From: an uncultured virus (IMG/VR IMGVR_UViG_3300002161_000007)
Taxonomy: Duplodnaviria; Heunggongvirae; Uroviricota; Caudoviricetes
Virus record (IMG/VR): IMGVR_UViG_3300002161_000007
Coordinates: 1 to 64,000 of that record
DNA: 64,000 bases
Strand: one strand, 5' to 3'
Shown here: in pieces, positions 18,680 to 28,713 of the stretch
How positions within the stretch are numbered: position 1 is the first letter of the stretch
Layout: every line of letters starts with the position of its first letter
The notes under the pieces: model-generated
What the model was told of the DNA's origin: nothing
Database searches by the model: none
What the model saw: only the letters and a program-made list of their open reading frames with translations
Program-made: the position numbers and the translations under genes

Positions 18680-19693
18680 ATGATTCCAGGAATCGTTGAA
18701 TCGTCTAGGTCAGTAAACCCTTTCTTAGAAACATTTAACCGTGCTAACACGTCTAGCCTTAGCACTACAGATGTTGAATGGACTGAGATTACGGGTGATT
18801 GGGTAATTGATACCAACACTGCCTACACCGCTACCTCTGCTTCTTTATACCCAATAGCAACTTTTGACTCTCAAAAATACAATGTGTCTTTACGGGCAAC
18901 TAACGGAGATAACAAGGCTGGGTTTGGTGTTGCCTTCTGGGTGCAAGACACCAATAACTGGTGGGCATTAGTTAGTGACAGCACTACGACTACTGGTTCT
19001 TATTCTTACTACACATGCCCTCAAGGTGGTTACCTTTCAGGAACTACCTGCTACAACACAGTAACTGAACAATACATTCGTTTTTACACAAACGGAGATG
19101 GTTGTGTAAACAACCATGCCTATGACTACACCATTGACGCCGCTAGTGGTGACTGTACCTGTAACGACAACTGCCAGCCATGTGATGGTTACCTTGCGTC
19201 TGATGGGAATTGTTATCTAGACGTAGTTCCTGGTGTTGGTAACTGTCTTGGTTCAGGGGGGTCTTATAAAGACGGAGACCTTTGTTATTATTATCCAGTG
19301 TTTTGGTGCCCTCCGTACACGTACCAAGCCCCAGGTTGCGGTCCTGTTTATGGAACCCTTACAACTGATTACACGTACGCTGCAACTCTTGCTACTGCCA
19401 ACACCACTACGTATACGTACACAATGAAATTGATCAAAAAGGTTGCGGGAACCGTGTCTGTTGTTGCTACACAAGAGCATGGTACTGACTTAACTGACGG
19501 TACTTACATTAATACTTTGTCTGTTGTAACTAACGAAAACCAGTTGACACTTAGTGGTGTTCGTAACGGTTTAAATGTTTCGTTTAGCCACACAGCGGTT
19601 AGCCCACTTGTAGCGGATAACCACGGTATTATATTGGCACCTGCTTCACGTAATCAGGGTTCACGAATTGATGACTTCTACTACTTTGGATAA
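18680..19693 (+). CDS. Putative receptor-binding protein: beta-sandwich with Cys-rich insert
   Basis: ETFNRAN...W....GDW lectin-like frame; 12 Cys in the central insert. Confidence 0.55.
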   Translation: MIPGIVESSRSVNPFLETFNRANTSSLSTTDVEWTEITGDWVIDTNTAYTATSASLYPIATFDSQKYNVSLRATNGDNKAGFGVAFWVQDTNNWWALVSDSTTTTGSYSYYTCPQGGYLSGTTCYNTVTEQYIRFYTNGDGCVNNHAYDYTIDAASGDCTCNDNCQPCDGYLASDGNCYLDVVPGVGNCLGSGGSYKDGDLCYYYPVFWCPPYTYQAPGCGPVYGTLTTDYTYAATLATANTTTYTYTMKLIKKVAGTVSVVATQEHGTDLTDGTYINTLSVVTNENQLTLSGVRNGLNVSFSHTAVSPLVADNHGIILAPASRNQGSRIDDFYYFG

Positions 19694-19695
19694 AA

Positions 19696-19848
19696 ATGGA
19701 AACACAACTAACAGCAGAAGAACGTTTGGACATCTGTAAAGAATGCCCAAGGTTATTCAAACCCACCTTTACTTGTAAAGAATGTGGTTGCTTCATGAAA
19801 GTAAAAGCACAACTCAAAGGGTCAAAGTGCCCAATAGGAAAATGGTAA
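19696..19848 (+). CDS. Small Cys-rich protein (50 aa)
   Basis: Own translation: METQLTAEERLDICKECPRLFKPTFTCKECGCFMKVKAQLKGSKCPIGKW; below the ORF-track cutoff. Confidence 0.75.
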   Translation: METQLTAEERLDICKECPRLFKPTFTCKECGCFMKVKAQLKGSKCPIGKW

Positions 19849-19850
19849 AT

Positions 19851-20156
19851 ATGGATTACGAGATTATTGAAACAACGGTTGGTCCAATTACTAAGTGGAA
19901 AGACCAGTTAGTAACCCTTCAGGATATTCCTGTGCTTTTAGATATTGCCTACGCTAATCCTAACTTTTTAAATGATTTATATAAGGCTATTCAACAAGGG
20001 ATGGCGTCTGCTTTTAAAGATCAACTTGATGCCTTTGAGATGAAAATGAACTTTCATTCTCCAAAAATCAATGCCTACATATCTTCAGCAACCCAATACA
20101 TTTCTTTTATATCTGGTCCTTGGCCCCAATACAGACAGGTGATGGAGAATAAATGA
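19851..20156 (+). CDS. Hypothetical protein
   Basis: ATG 2 nt after the previous stop; MDYEIIET... Confidence 0.6.
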   Translation: MDYEIIETTVGPITKWKDQLVTLQDIPVLLDIAYANPNFLNDLYKAIQQGMASAFKDQLDAFEMKMNFHSPKINAYISSATQYISFISGPWPQYRQVMENK

Positions 20157-20308
20157 CAACTGAACGTCCTATCCCTAAACCAACGGGCACCGTTGCCGAC
20201 ATCACCAGAGTGTTGGGCGTTATGTCCCATCGCCACAGAGAACAACAACCAGAGGTAAATCAGCCCTACAGAGACACTGTCCCTGGCGCAGGCTCAGGCG
20301 ATCAGTAA
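20153..20308 (+). CDS. Small hypothetical protein (51 aa)
   Basis: Own translation MTTERPIPKPTG...GAGSGDQ; ATGA overlap, GGAG RBS. Confidence 0.55.
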   Translation: MTTERPIPKPTGTVADITRVLGVMSHRHREQQPEVNQPYRDTVPGAGSGDQ

Positions 20309-20327
20309 TTTGAAGTAAACTGTAAGC

Positions 20328-21140
20328 ATGGCTATCTACTCACAGCAGATCATGGATGAGGTTACCACGGTAGCCAGAAACTACTTGCGGGACTTTCCAA
20401 AGTTCTTTCAGGTCTCTTTTGACGCTGTTGGGCGTACCTACGAGTTAGGTCAGCCTAACATTGACACCAGCACCATGTGGATTGCCACAAACGTTGGTGC
20501 TTCTGTAACTGAACTAACATCGTCTCAGTATTCACTAGACAGCCGTAACGGCATTCTCCGCCTTGCTTCTACCCCTGCATCAGGAGCAAAGATTATGGTT
20601 GAGGGGTACCACTACGAATGGGTGTCCCCACAAGACCTTGAGTTCTATGCCAAGCAGGCTATTTCTCAGCACACTTTCAGTCTTGAAATACCTCTTGAGA
20701 ACATGTCTGCGCTTATCATTGAAACGATTGGTATTGGCACCATCGTAGAAGCCCTAGGTGCTTTGATGTCTGAGTTCAGCCGTGACATTGACGTTATGAC
20801 CTCTGAGTCCATTCATATCCCAGCCAGCCAGCGTTTCCGCATGGTACAAAGCCTCCTTGCCTATTGGACTGGTCAGTATCAGTCACAGGCTCGTGCGCTT
20901 AACATTGGTGTTGACAGAATTGAAATATTTAATCTACGCCGTGTATCCCGCACAACTAACCGTTATGTACCAATCTTTAAGGCTAAAGAACTTGGTGAGT
21001 ACGGTCCAATTGAGCGCATCTTCCCAAATCAAGACAAAGAAGTTATTCAACTTGAGGAAGACCCACTGGATAAGTTGCGTGAAGATGTATACATTGACAT
21101 GGATCCCCCAACGGGCTACACGAATAACACATACATCTAA
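20328..21140 (+). CDS. Head-tail adaptor/neck protein
   Basis: Position between head and sheath; Ig-like insert; IPASQRFR motif. Confidence 0.55.
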   Translation: MAIYSQQIMDEVTTVARNYLRDFPKFFQVSFDAVGRTYELGQPNIDTSTMWIATNVGASVTELTSSQYSLDSRNGILRLASTPASGAKIMVEGYHYEWVSPQDLEFYAKQAISQHTFSLEIPLENMSALIIETIGIGTIVEALGALMSEFSRDIDVMTSESIHIPASQRFRMVQSLLAYWTGQYQSQARALNIGVDRIEIFNLRRVSRTTNRYVPIFKAKELGEYGPIERIFPNQDKEVIQLEEDPLDKLREDVYIDMDPPTGYTNNTYI

Positions 21141-21676
21141 TGGATCTTCGGCGTGAACTAAATAGTATTCGCCGCCATTACCGTGAATACACCAGAAACT
21201 ATGGTGAGACGGTGGTCTGGTTTGAATACCTAACAGCCACTACTCCAGCCAGCGCTGGGTCACTATACGATGACGTATACGACGAAGGCATAGCAGGACC
21301 TAACGGACGCAAGTACAAGTCGGGTGTGACTATTCCCGTATTGATGATTACGGAAACTGAAGACCAGAAACGAGCCATTCCTGAAGGTCGTCAGCCTGTG
21401 GAACTCACTAACTTTGTGGCATCCATTGAGGACTTTAGAACCGCTGGGGTGACCGATCCTTTTGAATACCAGAAGCATCTAAACGATATGTTCTTGTATG
21501 ACGGTCGTTATTTTAGTCTTGCTACATACCGTGTTCGTGGACGCTTACGTGATGACGTCCTTGTAGTCGTTGAAGGTATTGAGGTTTACATCAACCAAGA
21601 AATGCCTTTTGACCCAGGTCCAACCGCAATGGGTGTGCAAAACCTTCCTTGGCCTACAGCGTTGCCTAGTATTTGA
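21140..21676 (+). CDS. Head closure/stopper protein
   Basis: YDDVYDEG and D.F.YDGR.F motifs; synteny. Confidence 0.55.
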   Translation: MDLRRELNSIRRHYREYTRNYGETVVWFEYLTATTPASAGSLYDDVYDEGIAGPNGRKYKSGVTIPVLMITETEDQKRAIPEGRQPVELTNFVASIEDFRTAGVTDPFEYQKHLNDMFLYDGRYFSLATYRVRGRLRDDVLVVVEGIEVYINQEMPFDPGPTAMGVQNLPWPTALPSI

Positions 21677-21739
21677 TAAACTTAAAGCAATCTTGGTGAG
21701 CGCCAAGAGGTCCAACGCCTAGAACTTAAGGAGAAGCCA

Positions 21740-22120
21740 ATGCCTGGCTTTGATGCCCCTATACCCTCAAGTTCTAGTGACTTTATATCTGGAGAACCTT
21801 GGGTTCTTAAGAACATGATGTCTACTACGCTCAACTTTCCCAAACTCGTAGCATCGGCTTTATATGCCGCCGCTCAAGAAGAGGAAGACAGGTTACGACG
21901 TACCTATGCAGATCAAGGTATTTCTGCTGATGTGTCAGTCACGTACAACGTTAACAATAATAGGTTTGAAGTTACGGCATCAGGGGCTGAGGTCGTTGAA
22001 GCAGAGTACGGCGGACCTACCTCTACAGCACGGGCACTCTTGCGCAAATCTGTGGTTCGTGACGCTGACGCTATGACAAAGACCATTGAAAAGGTAATCA
22101 GTAAAGGCTTAAAAGTATGA
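21740..22120 (+). CDS. Neck/tail-completion protein
   Basis: EAEYGG....R.LLR motif; AAGGAG RBS; synteny. Confidence 0.5.
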   Translation: MPGFDAPIPSSSSDFISGEPWVLKNMMSTTLNFPKLVASALYAAAQEEEDRLRRTYADQGISADVSVTYNVNNNRFEVTASGAEVVEAEYGGPTSTARALLRKSVVRDADAMTKTIEKVISKGLKV

Positions 22121-22752
22121 AGACTGGGTTCCTCTTTGCCGAAGACGAGGCAATCAAAAAGTTGTTTACAGGTCTTACCGTCAGTGACGACCGTGATGCC
22201 TCACGCCCAGTTCAAGTGTTCTTCCGATACCCAGAAGGTGAAACAGAACGCTACTACCCTTTCATCACAATTGAACTAATTGACATTGTGCATGCAAAGA
22301 ACCGTCAGCATTCTGAGAACTTCTTAGATACTCACCGTACGGGGCATCCCAACAATATTGACTATTGGCCTAGCACCTCTTCCGCTAGTTCCCCAAATAT
22401 TGAAGGATTTGACTCATACAAAACTACTGAGTTTACCCCAATAGATCTTTTATATCAAGTTTCTACGTTTACAAGAAGCGCCATACATGACCGACAAATA
22501 GCCACCCAGATGTTAACTACAGTTATCCCCTTTAGGTACAGTTCAATCAACATTGAGGCAGACGGAACCTCTCGTCGTTTGGACCTACTAGATTGGTCTA
22601 CAGCAGACCTTCTTGACCCTGAAGCGGGCTACAGAAAGCGTATCTTCCGTAAGGTATACACACTACAAATGACGTCGGAACTACCAACGTCTGCACTAAT
22701 CGGCCTCAAGAAAGTAACGTCTGTATCAACTACACTTGAACAGACGAATTAA
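22117..22752 (+). CDS. Tail terminator-like protein
   Basis: YPFITI, PIDL.YQV, RIFRKVYT; directly before the sheath gene. Confidence 0.6.
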   Translation: MKTGFLFAEDEAIKKLFTGLTVSDDRDASRPVQVFFRYPEGETERYYPFITIELIDIVHAKNRQHSENFLDTHRTGHPNNIDYWPSTSSASSPNIEGFDSYKTTEFTPIDLLYQVSTFTRSAIHDRQIATQMLTTVIPFRYSSINIEADGTSRRLDLLDWSTADLLDPEAGYRKRIFRKVYTLQMTSELPTSALIGLKKVTSVSTTLEQTN

Positions 22753-22789
22753 TTATTGAAACCCTGTCACCTTTGATTTAGGAGTAAAA

Positions 22790-24367
22790 ATGGCATACGA
22801 ACGCCCAGGAGTCTACGTACGTGAGACTCCATTTACAAGCAACATCAGCCCACGCACCGCTACAACGGCTGCCGCATTTGTCGGTACCGCAGAGCGTGGT
22901 CCTGCTGTTCCAACCCTCATTACCTCGTGGAATGACTACAAGGCAAAGTTTGGTGAATTGGCACAAGGTTACGACCTTGGTTATGCTGTTTACCATTACT
23001 TTGCAAACGGTGGTCGTGACGCTTATGTTTCACGTGTAATTGACACCACCGCCGTTGCATCTACAGTTGCGTACACAGGTACAGTAACTGGTGCTTCTGG
23101 ATCATCAACTTTGTTTACTTTGCAAGCATCTTCAAAAGGTGCTTGGGGTGACGACGTTTCAGTTACTTTGAGTTTTGATACAAACACTTTGGTTGATGCA
23201 TCAAGCGCACCAAAAGTACAGGCATCAACGTTGTTCTCAATGATTGTTTCGCAAGAACGAAACGGTTCTACAATTGAAGTAGAGCGTTGGCAAGAACTTT
23301 CGTTTGATCCTTCAGCAAGCCGTTATTTCAAGCAAGTTCTTGAACTTTATTCGTCGTACGTAAATGTACAGGGAACCCCAGCAACAATTGGTACAAACAC
23401 CACTATTGCTGTTTCTGGTATTACCGCAGGTACATACTCAACAACACTTACATTGGCTAATGGTTCAGACGCTACTAACGCTTCGTCAGTAAGTGCTGAC
23501 ACTGAATGGGCTACCTCAGTATCAAATCTTGATGCAGTAAGTGGTCCTTTGTTGATTAACCTTGTTGGTCAGACATCAAGCACCCGTGTTAACCAAGCGT
23601 TGTCATATGCAGCAAACCGTGCTGACGCTTTTGTCATCATTGATTGCCCAATTGACGCTGCAACTAAGGCTGACGTGCAGACCGCAATCTCGTCATACAG
23701 CACCAGCAATGGTGGCTTTGGCGCTGTGTACTTCCCAGCATTGAAGATGTATGACCCATCAAAGAGTGGTCCAACCGCTATCCGCAACACCTACCCAGGT
23801 GGAGCAATTGCTGGAGCGTACGTACGTTCGGAGAACCTCCGTGGTGTTGCTAAAGCACCTGCTGGTTACTTCTTGGACTTGCAGAACGTATTCGGCTTGG
23901 TAGCAACTGTGTCAGATGCTGATCAAGGTACTTTGTATAACACTAACCATGTTAACTGCATCCGCACGATTGCTGGTGGTGGAACAATCATCAACGGTGC
24001 TCGCACCTTGGCTAAGAACCGTCCAGACAAGTACATCACGATCCGCCGTACCCTTTCGTACCTACGCACGGTTCTTGATGCACAAACTCAGTTTGCTGTT
24101 TTTGAACCTAACGACGAACGTTTGTGGGATCGCATCAAAGTCTCATTGTCCAGCACTCTTACTGATTTCTGGGCTAAGGGGAACTTGAAGGGTGCTAACT
24201 CAACAAGTGCTTTCTACATCATCTGTGACTCAACAAACAACACTCAGGCAAGTATTGAAGATGGATACGTAAATATTGAGGTTGGTGTCGCATTGCAGTA
24301 CCCAGCCGAGTTTGTCGTAATTAACCTCACACAGTGGGCTGGCAACGGCTCTGCTGGAAACCTCTAA
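22790..24367 (+). CDS. Tail sheath protein
   Basis: YERPGVYVRE, FVG.AERGP, YFANGG, KAPAG, FAVFEPND..LW, GVA...PAEFVVI. Confidence 0.95.
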   Translation: MAYERPGVYVRETPFTSNISPRTATTAAAFVGTAERGPAVPTLITSWNDYKAKFGELAQGYDLGYAVYHYFANGGRDAYVSRVIDTTAVASTVAYTGTVTGASGSSTLFTLQASSKGAWGDDVSVTLSFDTNTLVDASSAPKVQASTLFSMIVSQERNGSTIEVERWQELSFDPSASRYFKQVLELYSSYVNVQGTPATIGTNTTIAVSGITAGTYSTTLTLANGSDATNASSVSADTEWATSVSNLDAVSGPLLINLVGQTSSTRVNQALSYAANRADAFVIIDCPIDAATKADVQTAISSYSTSNGGFGAVYFPALKMYDPSKSGPTAIRNTYPGGAIAGAYVRSENLRGVAKAPAGYFLDLQNVFGLVATVSDADQGTLYNTNHVNCIRTIAGGGTIINGARTLAKNRPDKYITIRRTLSYLRTVLDAQTQFAVFEPNDERLWDRIKVSLSSTLTDFWAKGNLKGANSTSAFYIICDSTNNTQASIEDGYVNIEVGVALQYPAEFVVINLTQWAGNGSAGNL

Positions 24368-24387
24368 TCCAAGGAGTTATTTAAAAA

Positions 24388-25041
24388 ATGGTAACAGCAA
24401 AAACAATGCGAACTGATCCGCTACGTAACTTTAAGTTCCGTGTGCAGATTATTCCTAAGTCATCCTCAGGTCCTATTGCTCAAAAGTTAAGCCAAGTTAG
24501 TGAACTTGGTTTTGCTCAGGTAAGCGGTATCTCCGTAACCAACGAAATCATCACCTATCGTGAAGGTGGAATGAACACCCACCCACACAAGATGGTGGCA
24601 CAGTCAGACTTTGCCCCTGTCTCATTTGCTCGTGGTGCCTTCAGTGGTCAAGATCAGTTGTTCCAGTGGCAGAAGTTCCTCCATGCTTGGTTGGGACAAG
24701 GCGTTGGTGGAGAACCTGGATTGTCAAATGGCGACTCAGAATACCGTTGCGACATTCTCGTAAAAGTATACGACCACCCACACACCGCAAGTGAAGTAGA
24801 TGCTCAGAGTGGAAACTCTTTGTTCTACCAGTATGACGGTGGACAACAGGGAACTTCTAACAAGCCAGTTGTACCTGGAAACGTTAAGTTTCAATTTAAA
24901 CTGTTTAATGCATGGCCTGGCGCTTATGCTTTGACCGACCTTAATGCTGGAGACAACGGTATCTTGATTCAATCAATGACCGTTCACCACGAAGGTTTCT
25001 ACATTGACTGGAACGGTACTCAAGACCTCGCAACCATGTAG
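24388..25041 (+). CDS. Tail tube protein (T4 gp19-like)
   Basis: RTDPLRNFKFRV, GF..VSG, YREGG, F.L.NAWP, HEG. Confidence 0.9.
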   Translation: MVTAKTMRTDPLRNFKFRVQIIPKSSSGPIAQKLSQVSELGFAQVSGISVTNEIITYREGGMNTHPHKMVAQSDFAPVSFARGAFSGQDQLFQWQKFLHAWLGQGVGGEPGLSNGDSEYRCDILVKVYDHPHTASEVDAQSGNSLFYQYDGGQQGTSNKPVVPGNVKFQFKLFNAWPGAYALTDLNAGDNGILIQSMTVHHEGFYIDWNGTQDLATM

Positions 25042-25076
25042 TATAACCAGTACCACTATTTAAGGAGTATAAGAAG

Positions 25077-25859
25077 ATGGATGATAAACAACAAGCCGAT
25101 GCGCTTAATGCCGCCCTTGCAGAAGAGATTCCTGAAGTTAAAGCACCACCCTCAACCTCTATAGAGTTGTTGCGTGGTGTCTTTAACTCGGAAACTAACT
25201 CATGGGAAAACACCGCATACGTTCGGGAATTAAACGGTTTTGACGAAGAAGCACTGGCTGCTTTAGATAATCAAAACATAGTTTATTCTGAGTACATGTC
25301 CGTACTGTTAAAGCGGGCTGTAGTTTCAGTCGGGTCCTTCTCTGTTAAAGATAACCCAACTGTCATTGATAATTTAATTATTGGTGATCGTGATTTGTTG
25401 TTTCTGAAGATCGTTGAAGCAACCTACGGTGTAAACCGTGAGTACCAAGTGACCTGTGGTTCATGCAAGGCTATGAACGACATTGTTGTTCCAATGAATG
25501 AGTTTGAGAACCGCAAGGTAGACCATGACCCTCAAACACCTTTAGAAGCAACCTTATCTGACGGCACTAAGATTCGGATGCGTCTTCCTAACGGTATGGA
25601 CAGCCAGATCGTTGCTAAAAAAGCAAAGTCAACCGCAGAACAAAATACGTTAATGCTGGCTCGTTGTGTTGAATCCCCAGCCATGTCTAACCCACAGCAA
25701 TGGGCTAAAGGACTTGGTATGAAGGACCGCAATGAGTTGGTTCGGGTACTAATGGACAGCCAACCTGGCCCTGAAGTAGGGGAGGTGAATGCCCAATGCG
25801 CTACGTGTGGCTCAGATCTGAACATCGTGCTTGATTGGGCATCCCTTTTATTCGGTTAA
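25077..25859 (+). CDS. Tail/baseplate hub assembly chaperone (T4 gp26-like) with two CxxC pairs
   Basis: VRELNG.DEE, L.IGDRD.L...I...TYG, CGSC, RLP.G.D, CATC. Confidence 0.75.
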   Translation: MDDKQQADALNAALAEEIPEVKAPPSTSIELLRGVFNSETNSWENTAYVRELNGFDEEALAALDNQNIVYSEYMSVLLKRAVVSVGSFSVKDNPTVIDNLIIGDRDLLFLKIVEATYGVNREYQVTCGSCKAMNDIVVPMNEFENRKVDHDPQTPLEATLSDGTKIRMRLPNGMDSQIVAKKAKSTAEQNTLMLARCVESPAMSNPQQWAKGLGMKDRNELVRVLMDSQPGPEVGEVNAQCATCGSDLNIVLDWASLLFG

Positions 25860-25998
25860 TCTAACTCATATATACTGGGAATACGATTTGATAGCCACGG
25901 TTTACAAGGGCTTTACGCTCAACGACATACAAAATATGGCAGTACGCCAACGGGAGTACTGGTCCGCAATGGGTAAATGGCGTAACTCTGGAGACTGA
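25849..25998 (+). CDS. +1-frame C-terminal extension of the chaperone (gp51/GT-like), probably reached by frameshift
   Basis: Open +1 frame YSVNLTHIYWEYDLIATVYKGFTLNDIQNMAVRQREYWSAMGKWRNSGD fills the gap to the tape measure gene; no RBS-linked start. Confidence 0.6.
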   Translation, partial: YSVNLTHIYWEYDLIATVYKGFTLNDIQNMAVRQREYWSAMGKWRNSGD

Positions 25999-26004
25999 TG
26001 AAAC

Positions 26005-28713
26005 ATGCCTGAAGAACGTGGCGTAGGTGATGGTGCTTTTGGCGGTAGTCCACGCACTGGAAACAATGTTTCCAATGTAAACGCTAACGTTGGCATGCGC
26101 CTTGATAGGTCTATTGCCCGTTTATGGATGACAACGTACGATGATCTTACTAGAAGAGTAAGAACGTTACGTAATGAAATTAGGCAACTAAACACCGAAG
26201 CAAGCCGTACCACTGGGGCAATCACTGGTTCAGGTGGCGGTGCGCCATCTTCAGCATCAACTACTACAGCCGCCGCAACTTCTAATGCTACTGCTACAAC
26301 TGCACGCCTAGTAGCAGGTACAGGTGGTGGTAGCGGTGGTGGGCTTGGTGGCGGACTCGGAAACCTTGGAGGAGGTGGAGGCGGTGGTGGTCTTAGTGGC
26401 GCCGCTATGGCTAGTGGGAACCCTTATGCAATGGCGGCGTCATTAGCGGCTAAATCAATCACTAAGAATTTGGACAAAGTCCAAGAACAACTGCAAAAGT
26501 TAGATGCCCGCATTGATCGTGGTTATGGTCCATCTTTAGAAGCAGACCGTCAGAGCGTGATGTTCCAACAAATGTATGGAATATCTCAACAACAGAATTA
26601 CAACCAATTTAGAAAGCCAATTAACAATTACCGACTTGGTCCTGGTGGTATTAACCAGATGCTTAGTCTTCAAGCAACTACTGGTCTTAACGCTCAAATA
26701 ATGGCTCCAGGTGTGGAAGCAATCCGCACCATGACTGGTTTTGGTTTAAGCACTGGCGATGTAAGCAACATGCTTTCTACGTTGGCTTCTCCAGAAGTAA
26801 ACAATCGTTTAACAATGACGTTGGGTACGGGTCTGTATGGACCTGGTGGTAAGCAACGCTCTCCAGTAGAAGTCATTCAGGCAATTGTTCGTGGTGCTGG
26901 TTTGACTAATGAAAACGTAGTTCGTGGTGCGCTACAACCTGGATCTATGACCCGTGCTCGTTTGAGCGCTATGGGTGTACCTCCAGAAATGCAAGATGTT
27001 GTTATTCAATACGCAATGCAAAACATTCAATACCAGAAAAAGACTGGCGGAAAGAAGGGGATGTACAACCCTGCTGACCGTAAGCAGTTGGGTGTCATGG
27101 GTATTGATAAGAACTTTGCTACTGAACGAGAAGTAACAGATGTTCGTAGAACACAACGTGATGAGTCGTTCTATAACAAACAAAAAGACAACTACGCATC
27201 TTTAGAGCGCAATACCCAGAAGATGGAAGACCTCACACGTAAGGTTGAGGAGTTAACTGCCGCCATTATTGGTGCTCGTATTAGTACCCGAAATAACCCG
27301 TTAACCAATGCTCTTGGTAAAGGTTTTGGTGCGGCTTTTGGTCCAATTAAAGATGCGTTAGGTTTAATTGGTGGAGATGCTTTAGAAGATGGAACAGGAT
27401 CTAAAGCAACTAATGGTGCTAGGGGTGGCAGAGGATCGGTAAATGTACCAAGTAGTTTAAATAAAACGTTTGGTGATCGTTTGCGTCAAATGATGTCAGA
27501 GCGCCCAAGCATCACAATTGGAACTGGTTTCCGTTCCTCAGCGGATCAGCGAACAATGTTCTTGTCCCGCTATTCAAAGACCTCTGAAAAGACAGGTGTG
27601 TACTGGGACGGTTCATACTGGAAGAAGCATGCTGGTGTTCCAGATGCGGCTCCCCCAGGAATGTCAATGCACGAACTTGGTTTGGCAGTTGACCTTAACT
27701 ATCCAACAAAGGCTGACGAAGAATGGTTCATGCGAAACGCTTCACGCTTTGGTTTGAAGACTATCTCAAGCATTGCTGAACCTTGGCACGTACAACCAGC
27801 AGAACTTGCAAATAGCAGAAGGCAATATGAAAAAGATGGAGCGCCGTGGGGACGTGGTCCTGCGGGAACTATTGCTTACCCATTTGACGCTACCTTTGAA
27901 GGAACTCCAGAAGATTCATATGGCGCTAGTGGTGGTATCACTGTTAATTCTCAAATGAGTATTGCTGATTCCATTACTTATTCTCGTGCTAGTAATGTGC
28001 TGAAAATTGGAGGAGGTGGCATTGGTGGTCGTGTAGTTACATTACGTACAGGAGCGCCAAAAACTGGGGAAAATAAAGGTAAAGGTTCTGCACCAGGGTT
28101 TAAACCAGGAACCATCCCTGCGGGATTCATGTACCGAACAACTCCAAACTACCAAGGTTGGGGTTATTTTGTTCCACAATCATTTACCGACGCTGATCTA
28201 GAAGCCTTACACCTACACGAGCAAAAGGATTGGACTAGAACTGTAAAGAATCGTGACGGCACGCTTATGGGCGGATTTGCCATGAATCAATATAACTGGA
28301 ACCGAGGTGGTGGTTTAAAGTATGCAAAGAATCCTGCACTAGCAACTCCTGAAGATCAAAAGAAAGTAGCCAAAGTTCTATTAGAACAACTTTGGGCGCA
28401 CGATGGCTTTGAATCTATTGTACGAGGCAACATAACATGGCCTGGTGCAGGAAAACTTAAATCAATTGATCTTCCTCCTGGAACCCCTATTAGTACTACA
28501 AAGGGTTCTTCAGGTGACCCTATTAGCGCACCTTCTCGTGGTGGCGGTGGTAACACTGTGATCGTAGAGGGCAATGGAGGTGGTATTACAATTGCTCCAA
28601 ACATTTACATTCAATCAGCAGGTAACAATGTGGCAGACGCAAACCGTGCCGCTCAAGAGATTGCAGATATCATTTCTCGTAAAGTTAAAACAACTGCTCT
28701 AAGGGGTATGTAA
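26005..28713 (+). CDS. Tape measure protein with M15 peptidase and Rpf-like transglycosylase domains
   Basis: Long helical Ala/Gly-rich protein after the chaperone; SMHELGLAVD..EPWH; GGFAM...W...GG..YA..PALATPEDQ..VA. Confidence 0.82.
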   Translation: MPEERGVGDGAFGGSPRTGNNVSNVNANVGMRLDRSIARLWMTTYDDLTRRVRTLRNEIRQLNTEASRTTGAITGSGGGAPSSASTTTAAATSNATATTARLVAGTGGGSGGGLGGGLGNLGGGGGGGGLSGAAMASGNPYAMAASLAAKSITKNLDKVQEQLQKLDARIDRGYGPSLEADRQSVMFQQMYGISQQQNYNQFRKPINNYRLGPGGINQMLSLQATTGLNAQIMAPGVEAIRTMTGFGLSTGDVSNMLSTLASPEVNNRLTMTLGTGLYGPGGKQRSPVEVIQAIVRGAGLTNENVVRGALQPGSMTRARLSAMGVPPEMQDVVIQYAMQNIQYQKKTGGKKGMYNPADRKQLGVMGIDKNFATEREVTDVRRTQRDESFYNKQKDNYASLERNTQKMEDLTRKVEELTAAIIGARISTRNNPLTNALGKGFGAAFGPIKDALGLIGGDALEDGTGSKATNGARGGRGSVNVPSSLNKTFGDRLRQMMSERPSITIGTGFRSSADQRTMFLSRYSKTSEKTGVYWDGSYWKKHAGVPDAAPPGMSMHELGLAVDLNYPTKADEEWFMRNASRFGLKTISSIAEPWHVQPAELANSRRQYEKDGAPWGRGPAGTIAYPFDATFEGTPEDSYGASGGITVNSQMSIADSITYSRASNVLKIGGGGIGGRVVTLRTGAPKTGENKGKGSAPGFKPGTIPAGFMYRTTPNYQGWGYFVPQSFTDADLEALHLHEQKDWTRTVKNRDGTLMGGFAMNQYNWNRGGGLKYAKNPALATPEDQKKVAKVLLEQLWAHDGFESIVRGNITWPGAGKLKSIDLPPGTPISTTKGSSGDPISAPSRGGGGNTVIVEGNGGGITIAPNIYIQSAGNNVADANRAAQEIADIISRKVKTTALRGM

